From Octopus vulgaris (taxonomy: Eukaryota): DNA of 64,000 nt. Location of the stretch: assembly GCA_951406725.2 (NCBI GenBank), contig OX597815.1, positions 69,936,001 through 70,000,000 on the forward strand. Direction: 5' to 3'. Below the pieces are notes generated by a model, which saw nothing but the letters and a program-made list of their open reading frames with translations, was not told the origin of the DNA and did not search any database. Positions 1 to 13,109 of this stretch are shown here, one piece after another (within the stretch, counting starts at the first letter, position 1; every line of letters begins with the position of its first letter). Made by a program: the position numbers and the translations under genes.

Positions 1-136
1 AGAAAACGACGTGACACGTCGACAACTTGATTGCAGTCACTGGCCTGGAATGTATCCAGGACCTCGAGGCGGTGATGTTGGACAGAAAAGTGTGGCGAGT
101 GGACTTTGTTGCTGCGACCCGGGTTGGAACCCAGCC

Positions 137-173
<37 letters not shown>
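1..173 (+). mobile_element. 3' end of RTE-like LINE with (TAA)n tail
   Basis: Encodes ...MLDRKVWR, typical of RTE C-termini, followed by (AAT)n. Confidence 0.55.
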
Positions 174-175
<2 letters not shown>

Positions 176-432
176 CCGCTTTGAGTTATTTCTCTAAGCT
201 CATTTATGTGTAAAGAATCGTCCTTGTTTGGCTCCGGTGCTGATCTTGAAGATATCTAAGATGTCACAATTGGGCCCCTCTCGTATGCCTTTGAGACAGG
301 GTTTTTTTCATTCACGCGTAAATGCACAGGACAGTAATACGCGCGCACACACACACACACACACACTGACACACACACATAATGACATAGTGAAATCTAA
401 AGGGTTGTGGTAGAAACAGTTGACTGGCCTAT

Positions 433-494
<62 letters not shown>

Positions 495-495
<1 letters not shown>

Positions 496-820
496 AAATA
501 ATAAGGGTGAAAAGTTGAATATTAATTTGATTAATATCAATTTAAAACCAAAGGCCTAGCATATTGAAAAATCTGAAGTTTCAGAAAAATTATATTACAT
601 ACATATAAGAAGGGATGATCACTAAGTGGACATTCATTATGCTAGGAGTAGACCCCCCTATGGTCTAACCACTAAGAAAAGATAGTTCTCAAGAAAATTC
701 AGCAAACGTTCTGGCGTTTGCTGAATTTTCTTGAGAACAATCTTTTCTTAGTGGTAAGACCACAGAGGTCTACTTCTAGCATAATGGATGTCCACTTAGT
801 GATAATCCCGCTTATATATG

Positions 821-826
<6 letters not shown>
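495..826. mobile_element. Fold-back element between (TA)n tracts (Penelope-like pLTR candidate)
   Basis: Imperfect inverted repeat ~595-708 / 715-826; flank resembles the reverse complement of 19560-19645. Confidence 0.6.
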
Positions 827-874
<48 letters not shown>

Positions 875-1968
875 TATAAAACATGTTTTTCTCGATATAT
901 ATATATTCACATGTATGTACATTTACATAAGTAAATGCAAGTTAATTTACATATATGTAAATCTGTTTAACAGAATATGTTTATGCATGAAGATGTATAT
1001 GTGTATGGTTTTGTACAAGTAGAAACGCCAAGTATGTCTCTCTAAGTGTTTGGGGGATGGCGGTGTGGATGCACGTGTTCTACACGTGTTCGTTCTTGCA
1101 GAACTATATAACCATCCGCCGCACCTCACCCCTCCATCACGACGACCATGTCTACCATTAACACCATCGCCAAAACCACCACCGCCATCACTAGTCATCC
1201 AACATGGCGAACCACAAGCTGCAAGATAAAATAGAGAAAGAGAAAAAATCTACAAAGGGAGTCGCTGTGATGTGCAGGAAGAGAACAGTTTACATACTAA
1301 AATAAGTGTAGGAGAGAGGGTAGGTAATAGTAACAAGAGAGGAGTGAAACTGGTGGAAATGACTGAGTAGGAGTGGGAGTGTGAGTAGAAGAAACAGTGA
1401 GAGTGTGTGAGGATCAGATTCCAGAAGTCGTAGGAAGAGGTGATATGAGAAAGGACGACAGAAGAAAAAGAAAGAAAGAGGAGAAAAGACAAAATGTGTA
1501 GTGAGGAGAGAGAGTAGGAGAGAATGACTATGTGACAGATTGAAACAACGTAGAATATAGGGAGGGAAAGAATGATAGCGAGATGGGGGAAGAGAGAGAG
1601 GGGAATTGAAACAGAGGGGGTATATATTGAAAGTATAAGAGAGTAACTGAAACAAAGGAGAGAAAGAGTGAGTAAATATACAAGAGGGAGAGAATAAAAG
1701 GGTACAAAAGTGTGTTAGAGGAAAGTGTCGAAGAATATGTAAAAAAAAAATGGGGTACTGGAGTGGAAAGAAAGGAATGAAAATGAAGATAGGAGTAAGA
1801 AAATATCATGAAGAAAGAAGAGACTAAAACATGGGAGAGAAATAGAATAAAAGAGTTTCTGAAGAGAAAGAAACGGGTGGAATAGAGAGGGAATATCGAA
1901 AGTTCCAGGGAAGGATTGTGGGAGATTGGGAAAGATGAGAATAGTAACAAAATGTTGGCTATAGGCGA

Positions 1969-2385
1969 AGGCGTGGCTGTGTGGTAAAAAGTTTGCTTCC
2001 CAACCACATGGTTCCGGTTCAATCCCGCTGCGTGGCACCTTGGGCAAGTGCCTTCCACTACAGCCCTGGGTCGGCCAATGCCTTGTGAATAGAATTAGTA
2101 GATGTAAACTAAAAGAAGTCATAAAGATCTGTGTGCGTGAGAAAGAGAGAGAGAGAGAGAGAGACTTTGTGTCTTTGTGTCTATGTTTGTCCACCACCAA
2201 CGCTTGACAACCGGTGTTAATGTGTTTATGTTCCCGTAACTTATGGGTTCAGCAAAAGAGACCGATAGAATAAGTACCAGACTTTAAAAGAAAAATAAAT
2301 ACTTGGGGTCGATTCGTTCGACTAAAATACTTTATGACGGTGCCCCAGCATGGCTGCAGTCTAATGCAGGAAACAAGTTAAATAT
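1969..2385 (+). mobile_element. tRNA-derived SINE family A
   Basis: A box TGGCTGTGTGG, B box GGTTCAATCC, CCTTGGGCAAGT core; related copies near 16115-16535(+), 28355-28700(-), 36790-37280(-), 37900-39120(-, several), 52795-53140(+). Confidence 0.85.
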
Positions 2386-2387
2386 AT

Positions 2388-2439
<52 letters not shown>

Positions 2440-3322
2440 TAATTCCAAAAACGGAATAAGAAAGTAGCGAACGACAATAAAAACACACGGACAGATAGAT
2501 GATACAAAGACGGACAGGTAAAACCAGGACGGATCATTCGTGGTCCTCTATTCATCAGTCAAGCTTCTAATTATCATTACAGTTTCGGCCTGTTACACTT
2601 GATACTTCAAAATTGGTAAGCCCAAAAGATCTACGCTAAGAGCAGTAAATTTTTGGAAGAAAGCAAGCGAATATGTACGACAACACAGGCAAAAAAACGA
2701 GAAAACGGAGAAAATGTTACACCATTACAAATACAAACAACAAGAGAATAACAACAAATGTCTTTCGACTAATACGAACAAGTTAAGTTGAGCTGGAGTG
2801 AAAGCCTTGAGGCACGAACATAGATCAAAGTCAGGAGACAGGAAATAAGGTGTGTATTTGGACGGCGGTCAGACCGAGAAAGAAAGATCGTGCTTGGCCG
2901 AACACCAGTCTCGTGGAAAGAACAGAGAAAGGTAGGGGTAGAGGGATTGAAGAATTAGGGAAAGAACTAGAGAGAGAGGAGGGACAGAGGAAAAGGTACG
3001 AGGGACATAACGAAGGAAAGTGGAGACGTTAAAGAAAGAGAATACCAAGAAATGTGAGAGAGGGAGAACGAGAAAAAGAAAGGAGGAAAGAAAGAAGAAA
3101 GTATAAGGGGTACTAAAAGAAGGAGAAAAAAGTCTTACAGAATTTAGATATATACTTACTTACAAGGTGAGCAAAGATGCATGTACGCCGCTATAAGTAT
3201 ATATAAATAAAAAAAAAGGGGGGAATAAGAATGTAACGGACGACAATAAAATCACACGGACAGATAGACGATACAAAGATGGACAGGAAAACCCAGGACG
3301 GATCATTCGTGGCTCACTATTC
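2440..3322 (-). mobile_element. Penelope-like non-coding remnant with ~100 bp direct (pseudo-LTR-like) repeats
   Basis: ~2453-2554 is repeated at ~3222-3323; bounded by microsatellites; CTGATGA on the minus strand at ~2552-2558. Confidence 0.5.
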
Positions 3323-3621
3323 ACATACATACATACATACATACATACATACATACATACATACATACATACATACATACATACATACATACATACATAC
3401 ATACATACATACATACATACATACATACATACATACATACATACATACATACATACATACATACATACATACATACATACATACATACATACATACATAC
3501 ATACATACATACATACATACATACATACATACATACATACATACATACATACATACATACATACATACATACATACATACATACATACATACATACATAC
3601 ATACATACATACATACATACA

Positions 3622-3650
<29 letters not shown>
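3323..3650. repeat. (ACAT)n microsatellite, ~330 bp perfect
   Basis: Direct reading. Confidence 0.98.
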
Positions 3651-3654
<4 letters not shown>

Positions 3655-3659
3655 CCTTT

Positions 3660-3862
3660 CTACTACAGGCAGAAGGCCTGAAATTTTGGGGAGGAGGGGC
3701 TAGCGGATAACATCGACCTCAGTGCTTAACTAGGACTTCCATCGACCTCGAAAGAATGAAAGGCAAAGTCAATCTTGGTGGAATTTGAACTCAGACGTAA
3801 AAACAGACGAAATGCTGGTAAGTATTTTGCCCTGCATGCTAACGATCCTACCAGTTCGCTAT
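3660..3862 (-). mobile_element. tRNA-derived SINE family B (Meta-domain-like)
   Basis: Reverse complement of GACTTTGCCTTTCATCCTTTCGRGGTCGAT; other copies near 7355-7570(-), 22825-23105, 25765-25980(+), 33420-33610(-), 42260-42440(-), 48398-48598(+), 60560-60840(+). Confidence 0.8.
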
Positions 3863-4177
3863 GCGGGCTTTCAGTACATGTACATACATATATATACCAT
3901 CTCTACGACTAGAACCACCACCATCGCCGCCGCCGCCGCCACTGCCGCCACTATCACCGCTACCACTACCATAATCATCATCACCTGTAGCAACAGCAGG
4001 ACATGCACCGCCGCCACTATATATACACATACATATGTATATATATATATGACGGTCTCAGTGCATACACAGATGATATTCGGGATAAATTTGACAAGTG
4101 ACATAAAAGGAAAAGCAATCACAATATACAATCCCAAAATACACGTATGTTAAAACATCCAAGCATATCATTTAGAT

Positions 4178-4459
4178 CAAAGGTTCTCAACGGTGTTCAT
4201 ATACCCCCACGAGGGGTGCCATTTCGTTTTGTTTTGCTTTTTTTGTTTTTGTTTTTGTTTTTTGCATTTCAGTTTGTACATCTATACTTCCGACTGCGTA
4301 CAAGCGCATATGTAAAACGACGTCCTTTATTTTTTAATTATCTGTTGATATGAAAATAAGTAGTATATTGAAAAATAAAAATATTTATTGAAAAATAAAA
4401 ATATTGTGACTCCAAGGCTCAAAATGGAGCCTTTGACCAAAATGGGTTGAGAACCTTTG
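4178..4459. mobile_element. hAT (Charlie-like) MITE
   Basis: TIRs CAAAGGTTCTCAAC/GTTGAGAACCTTTG; 8-bp TSD atttagat/atctagat. Confidence 0.85.
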
Positions 4460-4487
4460 ATCTAGATTATGGCTGGGAGATAACAGT

Positions 4488-5130
4488 TTACACAATGTAA
4501 CCACCCTCAATTTCTACCATGGCCTTATGACAGCTCTGGAACCTGGCGCATACGTTCCTCGCAGTGTCCCTGAGAAGACTTTCGAACACCTCCTTGATCT
4601 TGCCCACCAGCTCAGACTTTGTGTTGCGAGTAGAGCGGTTGGTGTCTTTCTCAAGTGTACCCCACACATAGTAAGCCATGAGATTACAATCGGGCGAATA
4701 TGGAGGCCAGAGATTGGGGCAAGTGAAGTCGTACAAGTTGCCCGATTACCACTTCTGACTCTTTTCAGCGGTATAGCAAGAGTTAAATCTTACTGCCACA
4801 CATATGGTCTTCCAGTAACAATCCTCTCCAGCCATGGATAGATCAGTCCCCAGCAGTTTCACTGAGCTCTCTAAATTGAGCCTATTCAGATATTTGGGGA
4901 TGAATTACGACGTATGGACGGAGTCAGAAAGCCTTCGTAGTCTTCCTTGCGGTTCTCCATGTGACGTCTTACAGTCTTTGCAGTGTCCACAGAGCATTGA
5001 GCAGCAGTCACGATGTTGGCACTTTAGTAGCCGGCGCGAATTATCATGATACAAGAAACTCTTTTCCAGCACTCAGATGCTTTCCAGTCCTCCATAACAG
5101 CTAACTTTTCCTCAACTACAACTTTAATCG
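4488..5130 (-). pseudogene. Degraded Tc1/mariner-superfamily transposase
   Basis: WPPYSPDCNLMAYYVWG motif (consensus-like WPPxSPDLNPxDY); frameshifted upstream. Confidence 0.85.
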
Positions 5131-5134
5131 TTAT

Positions 5135-5332
5135 GCTCTCCATGTATGATTGACCGCTAACTCAACAATTTTTTTTTATTCTGTCTCTGTTTATTTCCTC
5201 GTGCTCCTTTCTGTTGAAGAGCGTAGGTTCGAAACGTAAAAGACTTTCTCACCTTCCTGAGGGTCAAACTAAGACACCTGCTTGTTGTTTATACACCTGC
5301 CTTCGTCTTTTGTTTTTCTGCAAATTTCAACT
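5135..5332 (+). mobile_element. Penelope-like 3' terminal fragment with hammerhead-like core
   Basis: TTGAAGA-GCGTAGGTTC-GAAAC-GTA at 5214-5238; ends in (TA)n. Confidence 0.5.
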
Positions 5333-5407
5333 ATATATATATATATATATATATATGTACATGTATATATATATGTATATGTGTGTGTGTGTGTGTGTGT
5401 GTACATG

Positions 5408-5446
<39 letters not shown>

Positions 5447-6145
5447 TGTGTGTGCGTGTGTGTGTGTGTGTATAACACGAAAGATATGATTGAAAAGATG
5501 AGGGAGACATGAGACAGAACGATCAAAACGAAATAATTGTCAGGTTTGAAAATATTGTGGTGGCGATGTTAGTAGTGGTGGCGGTGTTAGTGGTGGTGGT
5601 GGTGGTGGCCATCGTCGTCGGGATGGAGATAGTGGTAAAAGTGGTAATGGAGGTGGTCACCGGTAGCATTGGTGGGAGGAGGAATGAAATTGAACAAAGG
5701 CAAAAAAAAGAAAATGTCCAAAAATAAACGTAAATAAACATTAAAAGAGAAAAGAGAAATGAAAACAGACAAAAGAGATATCTCCGCCCCTAAAAAAGTA
5801 ATAATCTTTAAAAGAATAGGTTGATTATTAAGAATATTGACGTGGGATACAGGATGAAAAGAGCGTTACAATAATATGTTGACACGCATACATATACATA
5901 CATCTATGCGCGCACATATACACACACACATTCATACACGCATGCACACACACGCGACCACATATACGCGCACATTTAAAATGATGTGTACTAATTGAAT
6001 CTCAATGTACAACTCTTAAAGCCAAAATATACAATGTGTCATGTGACGTATGGCTTATATATGTGTACACGTGTGTATGTATGCATATGTATATATGTAC
6101 ACACACATACACACACACACATATATATATGTATGTATGTATATG

Positions 6146-6176
<31 letters not shown>

Positions 6177-7030
6177 CCAATACATATACATGTATACATA
6201 CGTACATATACACAGGGAAGAAATGGAGAGAGGTGAGGGACAAAAAATAATTAACATCTCATTGGTGGATGAATTCCTTTTTTTTAATAAAGTCGTTAGT
6301 ATTAATACAGCTACAATAGTTTCATGCGAATCTTTGCGATTATTAAACCGTAGATAGAATGACAGTGACATAGAAGCCATCTTTGTTAGACTGTATGCCA
6401 TACACTATAACAAACATGACTACCGTGTGTGTGTGTGCGTGCGTGTGTGTGTGCGCGGGCGTGGGGTATGTGTGTGTATTTATACATACTTGCATGTCCT
6501 CGCATAAAGATAGAATGTGTTATTGAATATATACATAAACATTAATACAAGGAATGTTAGTGGAGCTTCCTTATCAAAAATTCTGTCTAGCGTAAACACA
6601 ACCGGCCAGATATTGTTGTTTGGAACAGCCAAGATAAAATATGTCACCTGATTTGTTGATGTGAATATCTCTTTGAAAATCAGATAGGAAGTTGTTAACT
6701 GCAGATGACTGCTTCAAAACCTCCAGCTCCTAGATCCAGATTATAAATTCGCATTTGAGCCAGTTCACACTTGATTTAGTGAGTTAATACCTAAGTGACA
6801 ATTTGGATAAGCTAGGGTTTTCAGGGGTGGGGGGGCGGATATCAACCAGCTAATTCGTACATTACAAATACAATCTGTAAATGGAACAGTAAAATTATGC
6901 AGAACTTTCTCAAGTTCAGAATGTGAAATGGTTTTTGTTATATACATTCTAATAGTGGAGCTTTGTAGCCTTGTTAGAAACTACCTCCTTGATCAAAGGA
7001 TGATTTCAAATAATTAAAAACAGAGGAGAT

Positions 7031-7116
7031 CATACATACATACATACATACATACATACATACATACATACATACATAAATACATACATACATACATACA
7101 TACATACAATACATAC

Positions 7117-7147
<31 letters not shown>

Positions 7148-7153
7148 CATACA

Positions 7154-7187
<34 letters not shown>

Positions 7188-7218
7188 CATACATACATAC
7201 ATACATACATACATACAT
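7031..7218. repeat. (ACAT)n microsatellite, imperfect
   Basis: Direct reading. Confidence 0.95.
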
Positions 7219-7836
7219 TTCCCGAAATATCAGCAGCACTTTTAAAATGAAAGAAAAATAAAGAGATTTGCAGGTAAATTTTGATAGAATAGCATTCATC
7301 ATTAAATGCAATCTGTTTTTAAAAAAATTGGCGTATAATAATACATGAAATATCGGTTTCAAATTTTGGCACTGTGCCAGCAATTTTGAGGATGGGGGTA
7401 AGTCGATTACATCGACTCCAGAATTCAACTGGAACTTATTTTATCGACTCTGAAAGGATGAAATGCAAAGTCAACGTCGATGGAATTTGTACTCAGAACG
7501 TTAAGACTGACGAAATGCCGCTAAGCATTTTGCCCGGTGTGTTAACGATTCCGCCAGCTCACCGTCTTATAATATTTTGAAATATTAATAAATGAAAGCA
7601 GAGTTATTTTATACAAACTGATGGCAGATTCTACGGCATCTGATGCTCAGGTTGACGTTTCTGATGCTTCCTTTAAACATTTTCGTATATTGCCTGGTCT
7701 TCGACATAGCTATTTCTAAATATTTAGATTATTCTTCATAATGTGTGCATGTGTGACATCTTGAAGACTGAAGCAATGATTCTCTTCCGTGAATTTGGTA
7801 ATAATTTCAGCATGCTCTTCTCTTGCAACCCAACAT

Positions 7837-8084
7837 CTGTAGCGTAGCTAGGTAAGCAAGGAGATCAGACGTGAGGGGAAGAAGAGAATAAAGAAGAGGG
7901 GGAAGAGTGAAAGAGGGAAAAGAGGGGAAGAGAGAGAAGCGAGGATGGTCCACCCTGGATTCTGCTTTTATTGGAGAGACAGTTTTTGGTTCCTGTATAT
8001 AAACCTCTATGAGGCTTGGGGGCCCGAAGGTGGCGGCAAAATCAAAAGTTGCCCCGGGTTGTACGTACTCTAGCTACGTCACTG
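7837..8084. mobile_element. hAT (Tip100-like) MITE
   Basis: TIRs CTGTAGCGTAGCTAG/CTAGCTACGTCACTG; 8-bp TSD cccaacat/ccctacat; a related terminus starts at 9162. Confidence 0.75.
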
Positions 8085-9629
8085 CCCTACATATCTTTTT
8101 CTTGAATTTTGTCAGCTTCTTCACCAGACTCTTCTCAACAATTTTCTTTTTTCTTACCAAAAGTCGTAATGCTTCGAAAAACTTCTTGATCAGTGAAAAT
8201 GACTACAATTTCAATTTTGTCTCAAGAGTATATCCACTGTGCCCTGCGAACAGCATTAAGTTTATACGGTGAGTTGTCTTTCAGAGATAATTTAATAGCT
8301 TCCATTAATTCTTGCAATTCGGATGCCTTCTATTTTTTGTAAGAAGCCTTTGTCTTTATCACACACTGCAACTGCAAACACCATGTTCCTCCATAACTCT
8401 CACCACACACCTTAAAGTGTTTCGGTCTAAACTCGATTCCATGAAGTTTATAAAAGAAAATCCTGTACTTTTTGTCGTAAAACATCATCGAATTTATGTA
8501 AGATTGGCATTCATACTCACCAATTTTTGCCATAAAATCATTTTTTATAATGATGTTCAAGGTTCCTGATGACCCCTTAACATACGAGTCAAATCAAAAA
8601 TAATATATTTAATGTTACGTAGCCTGCAGAGGGAATATTTATTTTCATTGATGCAACTTGACCCTGAAATTGTCGAAAATTAGCAGACACTTTACATTTT
8701 CAGACTTCCTGAATTTCCGTAAGTTCTGACAAACCGATAGAATGCAATCATAAACAAGCTAAGTTTCATCCACATGATTAAACAGTTTTCGGCAGACACA
8801 TGCTAAATGACTCTTATCAGACAAAACTAGTAGACAAACCAACAGTGTATATACCTGTCGTTGAGCAAAATTATTAAACAACAGCCACGTATGTGGTGGT
8901 TTGCTACCGGGTATTATTATTGTAATACACAACACTACGCACTTCGCTTTGACTGTCCTGCGATTATTCATGCGACACACCATGGTGATCATACTACATC
9001 TGCCACTGCTGACCAGCTACAGCTACCGGCACTCGAGTACGACAGCTGCTAACCACCCGGTTGATTTCGGAAAACCACAACAACTTCCCAACTATTATCA
9101 CGTATGACGTATGATGATTTTCAGGGTACTTTTGTTATTTACGGAAAAAGTACGTATTACACAGTAGCGTAGCTAGGGGTATAGTCGGTCTGCCCCGGGC
9201 GATGCATTCATGGGGCAGCACTTTTGAGTCTACTGTATAAGTCAGATTAGGCTTGTAGGTGGGCAGAAGCTGCAAACTCAAGCCATGTCCCAGGCGGCGC
9301 ACATTCTGGCTACACAAATGCAAAATATGGTACTTGCTTCTTTAAAAAACATTGCTTTGACAATAAACATCTTTTATTACCACACTTTCTGATCGTTTTA
9401 ACAAAAACCATTTGTACAACATTTTATCAAAATATTTCAGTTATATCCACTGTAAATTGTTCTCCTTTCATCAATTATATTGTAACTTTCGGACGAATAT
9501 GTGTATTCTAGAATAATATTCTCTGATTTATATATCATAACAAACTGCAGGCTCTCCAATTTGGAATATTTTCATTAGATCAGTTTTACTCACTGGCGCC
9601 ATATCTTGTTTAATGAATATACCATAAAG

Positions 9630-11030
9630 CGACGAGCTAGGGAAAATCGTTAGCACGTCGAACAAGATGCATGGTGGTATTGCTTCTGGATCATTATGTT
9701 CTGAGTTGAGATACCACCGAGGTCGACTTTGCCTTTCGTCCTTTCGAGGTCGATAAAATAAGCACCATTTGAGCCCTGGGGGTCAATGTAATCGGCTAAT
9801 TTCTTCCCAGAAATTACTGACTTCGTGCCAGAATTTGAAATCAAAACTGGCGAGCTGGCAGAAACGTTAACACGCTGGGCGAAATGCTTAGCGGTGTATC
9901 GTTTGCCGCTACGTTCTGAGTTCAAATTCCGCCGAGGTCCGCTTTGCCTTTCATCCTTTTGGGGTCGATTAAATAAGTACCAGTTACGCACTGGGGTTGA
10001 TATAATTGACTTAATCCGTCTGGCTGTCCTTGCTTTTCCCATCTGTGTGTAACCCCTTGGGGACAGTAAAGAAATAGGTATTTCGTCTGTTTTCATGTTC
10101 TGAGTTCATATAGCACCGAGGCCGATTTTGCCTTTCATCCTTTCGGTGTCGATAAAATAAGTACTAGCTAAGTACTGGTATCGATGTAATCGACTTACCC
10201 CCACTCCGAAATTACTGGCCTTGTGCAAAATTTGAAATTAATAATTATCTCATAAGGTGGCGAGTTAGGGAAAAATCGTTAGCACGTCGGACAAAATGCT
10301 TGGCGGTATTTCTTCCGGCTCTTTACGTTCTGAGTTGAAAATACCGCCGAGGCCAACTTTGTGTTTCCTTCTTTCAGAATCGATAAAATTAAGTACTCGT
10401 CAAGTACAGAGGTCGATATAATTGGCTTACTCCATCTGTTCAAAATTTCTGGCCTTGAACCTTGCGTCCCGTTCAAGAGGAATGTTGTAATCTCGATCAC
10501 TTAAATGGCATGGGAATCGGATAAATGGCCTTTATGACCCTTGGGGTTCGAGAAAAAAAACAAATTGTCATATTTGCCACTAAATTTTATTGTTCTTCTT
10601 TATCTTATTATGGACTTGTTCGTGCTCTCCATATATGTCAAATTTATACACGTTGTCATAGTTTGCTCGCTTTACAACTGAAATCGCAAGATCGTTTATT
10701 ATTGCTGTGCAGCGGTGATGCCCAAGCTTTAATGAAAAGCTACATTTATATAAATACATAGTGATAATACCATCTTTTGACTTGCTTTTCTGTAGCTATT
10801 AATGCATTCATAAAGGCGGCGAGCTGGCAGAAACGTTAGCACGCCGGGCGAAATGCGTAGCCGTATTTCGTTTGCCGCTACGTTCTCAGTTCAAATTCCG
10901 CCGAGGTCCACTTTGCCTTTCATCCTCTCGGGGTCGATTAAATAAGTACCAGTTACGCACTGGGGTCGATATAATCGACTTAATCCGTGTGTCTGTCCTT
11001 GTTTGTCTTCTCTGTGTTTAGCCCCTTTCG
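9630..11030 (+). mobile_element. Cluster of ~5 same-orientation SINE family B copies
   Basis: Repeated GGCGAGCTGGCAGAAACGTTAGCAC...GAGTTCAAAT...GCCTTTCATCC units at ~9630, 9850, 10090, 10255, 10815. Confidence 0.85.
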
Positions 11031-12182
11031 TTTAACAAAGTTGGTAGACTTAGATCTCATAATCCTAGGCTGCATACGAAAGGAGCTTAACTCAGTTTCT
11101 ATGGTACTTAATTGACTGAGGTTATAACACACTCCTTTGTTTGGGATGCCGGTCTTTTTGCAGGATTAACTTCTCAGCAATAGCTGAAAACCTTTTACAG
11201 CTGAGTGTGGACTGGAACAATGTGAATTGAAGTGTTTCCTAAGAACAAAGCGCGCCGTTCGGTACGGGAATCGAAACCACGATCGTAAGATCGCGAATGC
11301 AGTAACCTAACGACTAAGCCATGCGCCTTAACAACAAAGTCAATAGTACATGCCTAAATACTTAGATCTTCTCTAAATAAACTATCAGTCAAAATTACGC
11401 ACTACGCACACATACACACAACATACCTCCACACACACACATACACACAACATAGCACAAGAATACGCACCCAAACTCACACACATACACACCTACACAC
11501 ACATACACGCCCATACACGCATACACGCATACACACAACACAGCACAAGCATATGCGCGCAAACACACGCACAGTATAGACATACGCGCGCACACCCCAT
11601 CATTCATTAACTCATTCATACACGTATTCTGTCTTTCTTTCTCTCTCCCTCTCTCTCTCTCTCTCTTTCTCGCTCTCCTTTCCTCCTCTCTCTCTCTCTG
11701 CCTCCCTCTCAGATGTAAAGCGTGACAGGGAAATGAACCAACCAGCGAACGCAGAAAAATTATATCGACTATTATTAAAATATAGAGATGGTAATTAATT
11801 GCAGAATGACGAGAAGAGCAAAAAAAAATGGCCTTGCAATAGTTTAACTATTGGTCTTTACATTCAAATTCCGCTGAATCCATCTTTTTGGGGGAGTTTG
11901 GGTCGATAAACAAAGTTCTGGACCGATCTACTCAAATAGTTTAGTCCTTTAAATGATTTACGTCCCTTTCTAGCATTGACACAGTGCTTGAAATTTCGGG
12001 AAGCAGGAGAGTTGTCGATACCATTTGCTCCAGTACTTCACTGGTTCTTTATTTTATTGACTCTGAAAGATTGAAATATAAAGTTATCCTCGGCGGGATT
12101 TGAACTCTATCCTACGACTCTATCAGCTTGCTGCCTTGTCGCTTTACAGAATGAATTGAAATCTCTGTTGAACTGTTAAAAC

Positions 12183-12457
12183 CAGGTCTGGTTTTAAGGC
12201 CTTAGGCAGATTTGTTCAAATTGGGCCCTGCACAAACAGAGGGCCCTGTGCACACGCACGAGCGGAGGACACTATGATGAATTTTTGATGAATTTTTAAA
12301 CATAATGGCTAATGGTGGAAGCTCAAGCCCCCAACGATTTTTGGAGGGGAATGGTGTACCACACAAAGCATAAAACATCAATCTTCAGCTTTTGTAGAGT
12401 AGAAGGGTCCCACTGACAATTTTCTAATAAGACCCCGTACTTTTAGCGCTGGCCCTG
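12183..12457. mobile_element. hAT MITE
   Basis: TIRs CAGGTCTGG/CTGGCCCTG; perfect 8-bp TSD gttaaaac. Confidence 0.8.
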
Positions 12458-13109
12458 GTTAAAACAAGTACTTGTAATATACTCGGGTTAACTCATTGAC
12501 TATAAGTGACATCTACCGGCGAAGGAATTTAAAATGGAAGGGAGGAAGGAAGGAATGGAGGAAGGAAGGAATGGAGGGTGGAAGGAAAGATTACTTATTT
12601 AGACTTTGGTCTGACATGAGCAGTGAAGGCCTGCAGCCTAGTGGATCGTATGATCGTGGTTTCAATTCCAGATCCAGGAGACGCATTATGCTCTTAAGCA
12701 CAACACTTCAAATCATGTTACTCCAGTTCACTTGGTTATAAATGAATAACCCTGCAACGGACTGGCACCTTGTTCAAGGGTAATGTTGTGATCTCAGTCA
12801 CTTATGCGTCACAGAAACCGGGTAAGCGGCCCTATGAGCCTCAGGACAGAACTCGAAGACAGTAATGTTCACAGGACTTACCCCCATGAGCGCATAAGCC
12901 ACTGAGACTGCAACACTCCCCAACATACACACACACGCGTAATGAGACGCCGGTTCGTCGTAGGGTTAACTTCTCAGCAATTGTTGAAACTTATCTACAG
13001 CTGAGTAACCCTGAGCAAAGTGAAATGAAGCGTTTTGCACAACGCACTACCCGCTCCAGGATACGAAACCGCAATCTAATGATTATGAGTGCAACACCTT
13101 AACCGCCAG

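Noticed and set aside
1969-2040. tRNA-like A/B boxes (many copies)
   Set aside because: These are SINE heads that continue into SINE bodies; no complete cloverleaf.
1250-2200. F/S/L-rich ORFs here and at 13099-13985
   Set aside because: Reverse-strand readings of polypurine low-complexity tracts.
3160-3710. Long ORFs such as (MYVC)n, (HTYI)n, (YI)n, (CV)n and poly-I throughout the ORF track
   Set aside because: Translations of microsatellites that lack stop codons; not genes.
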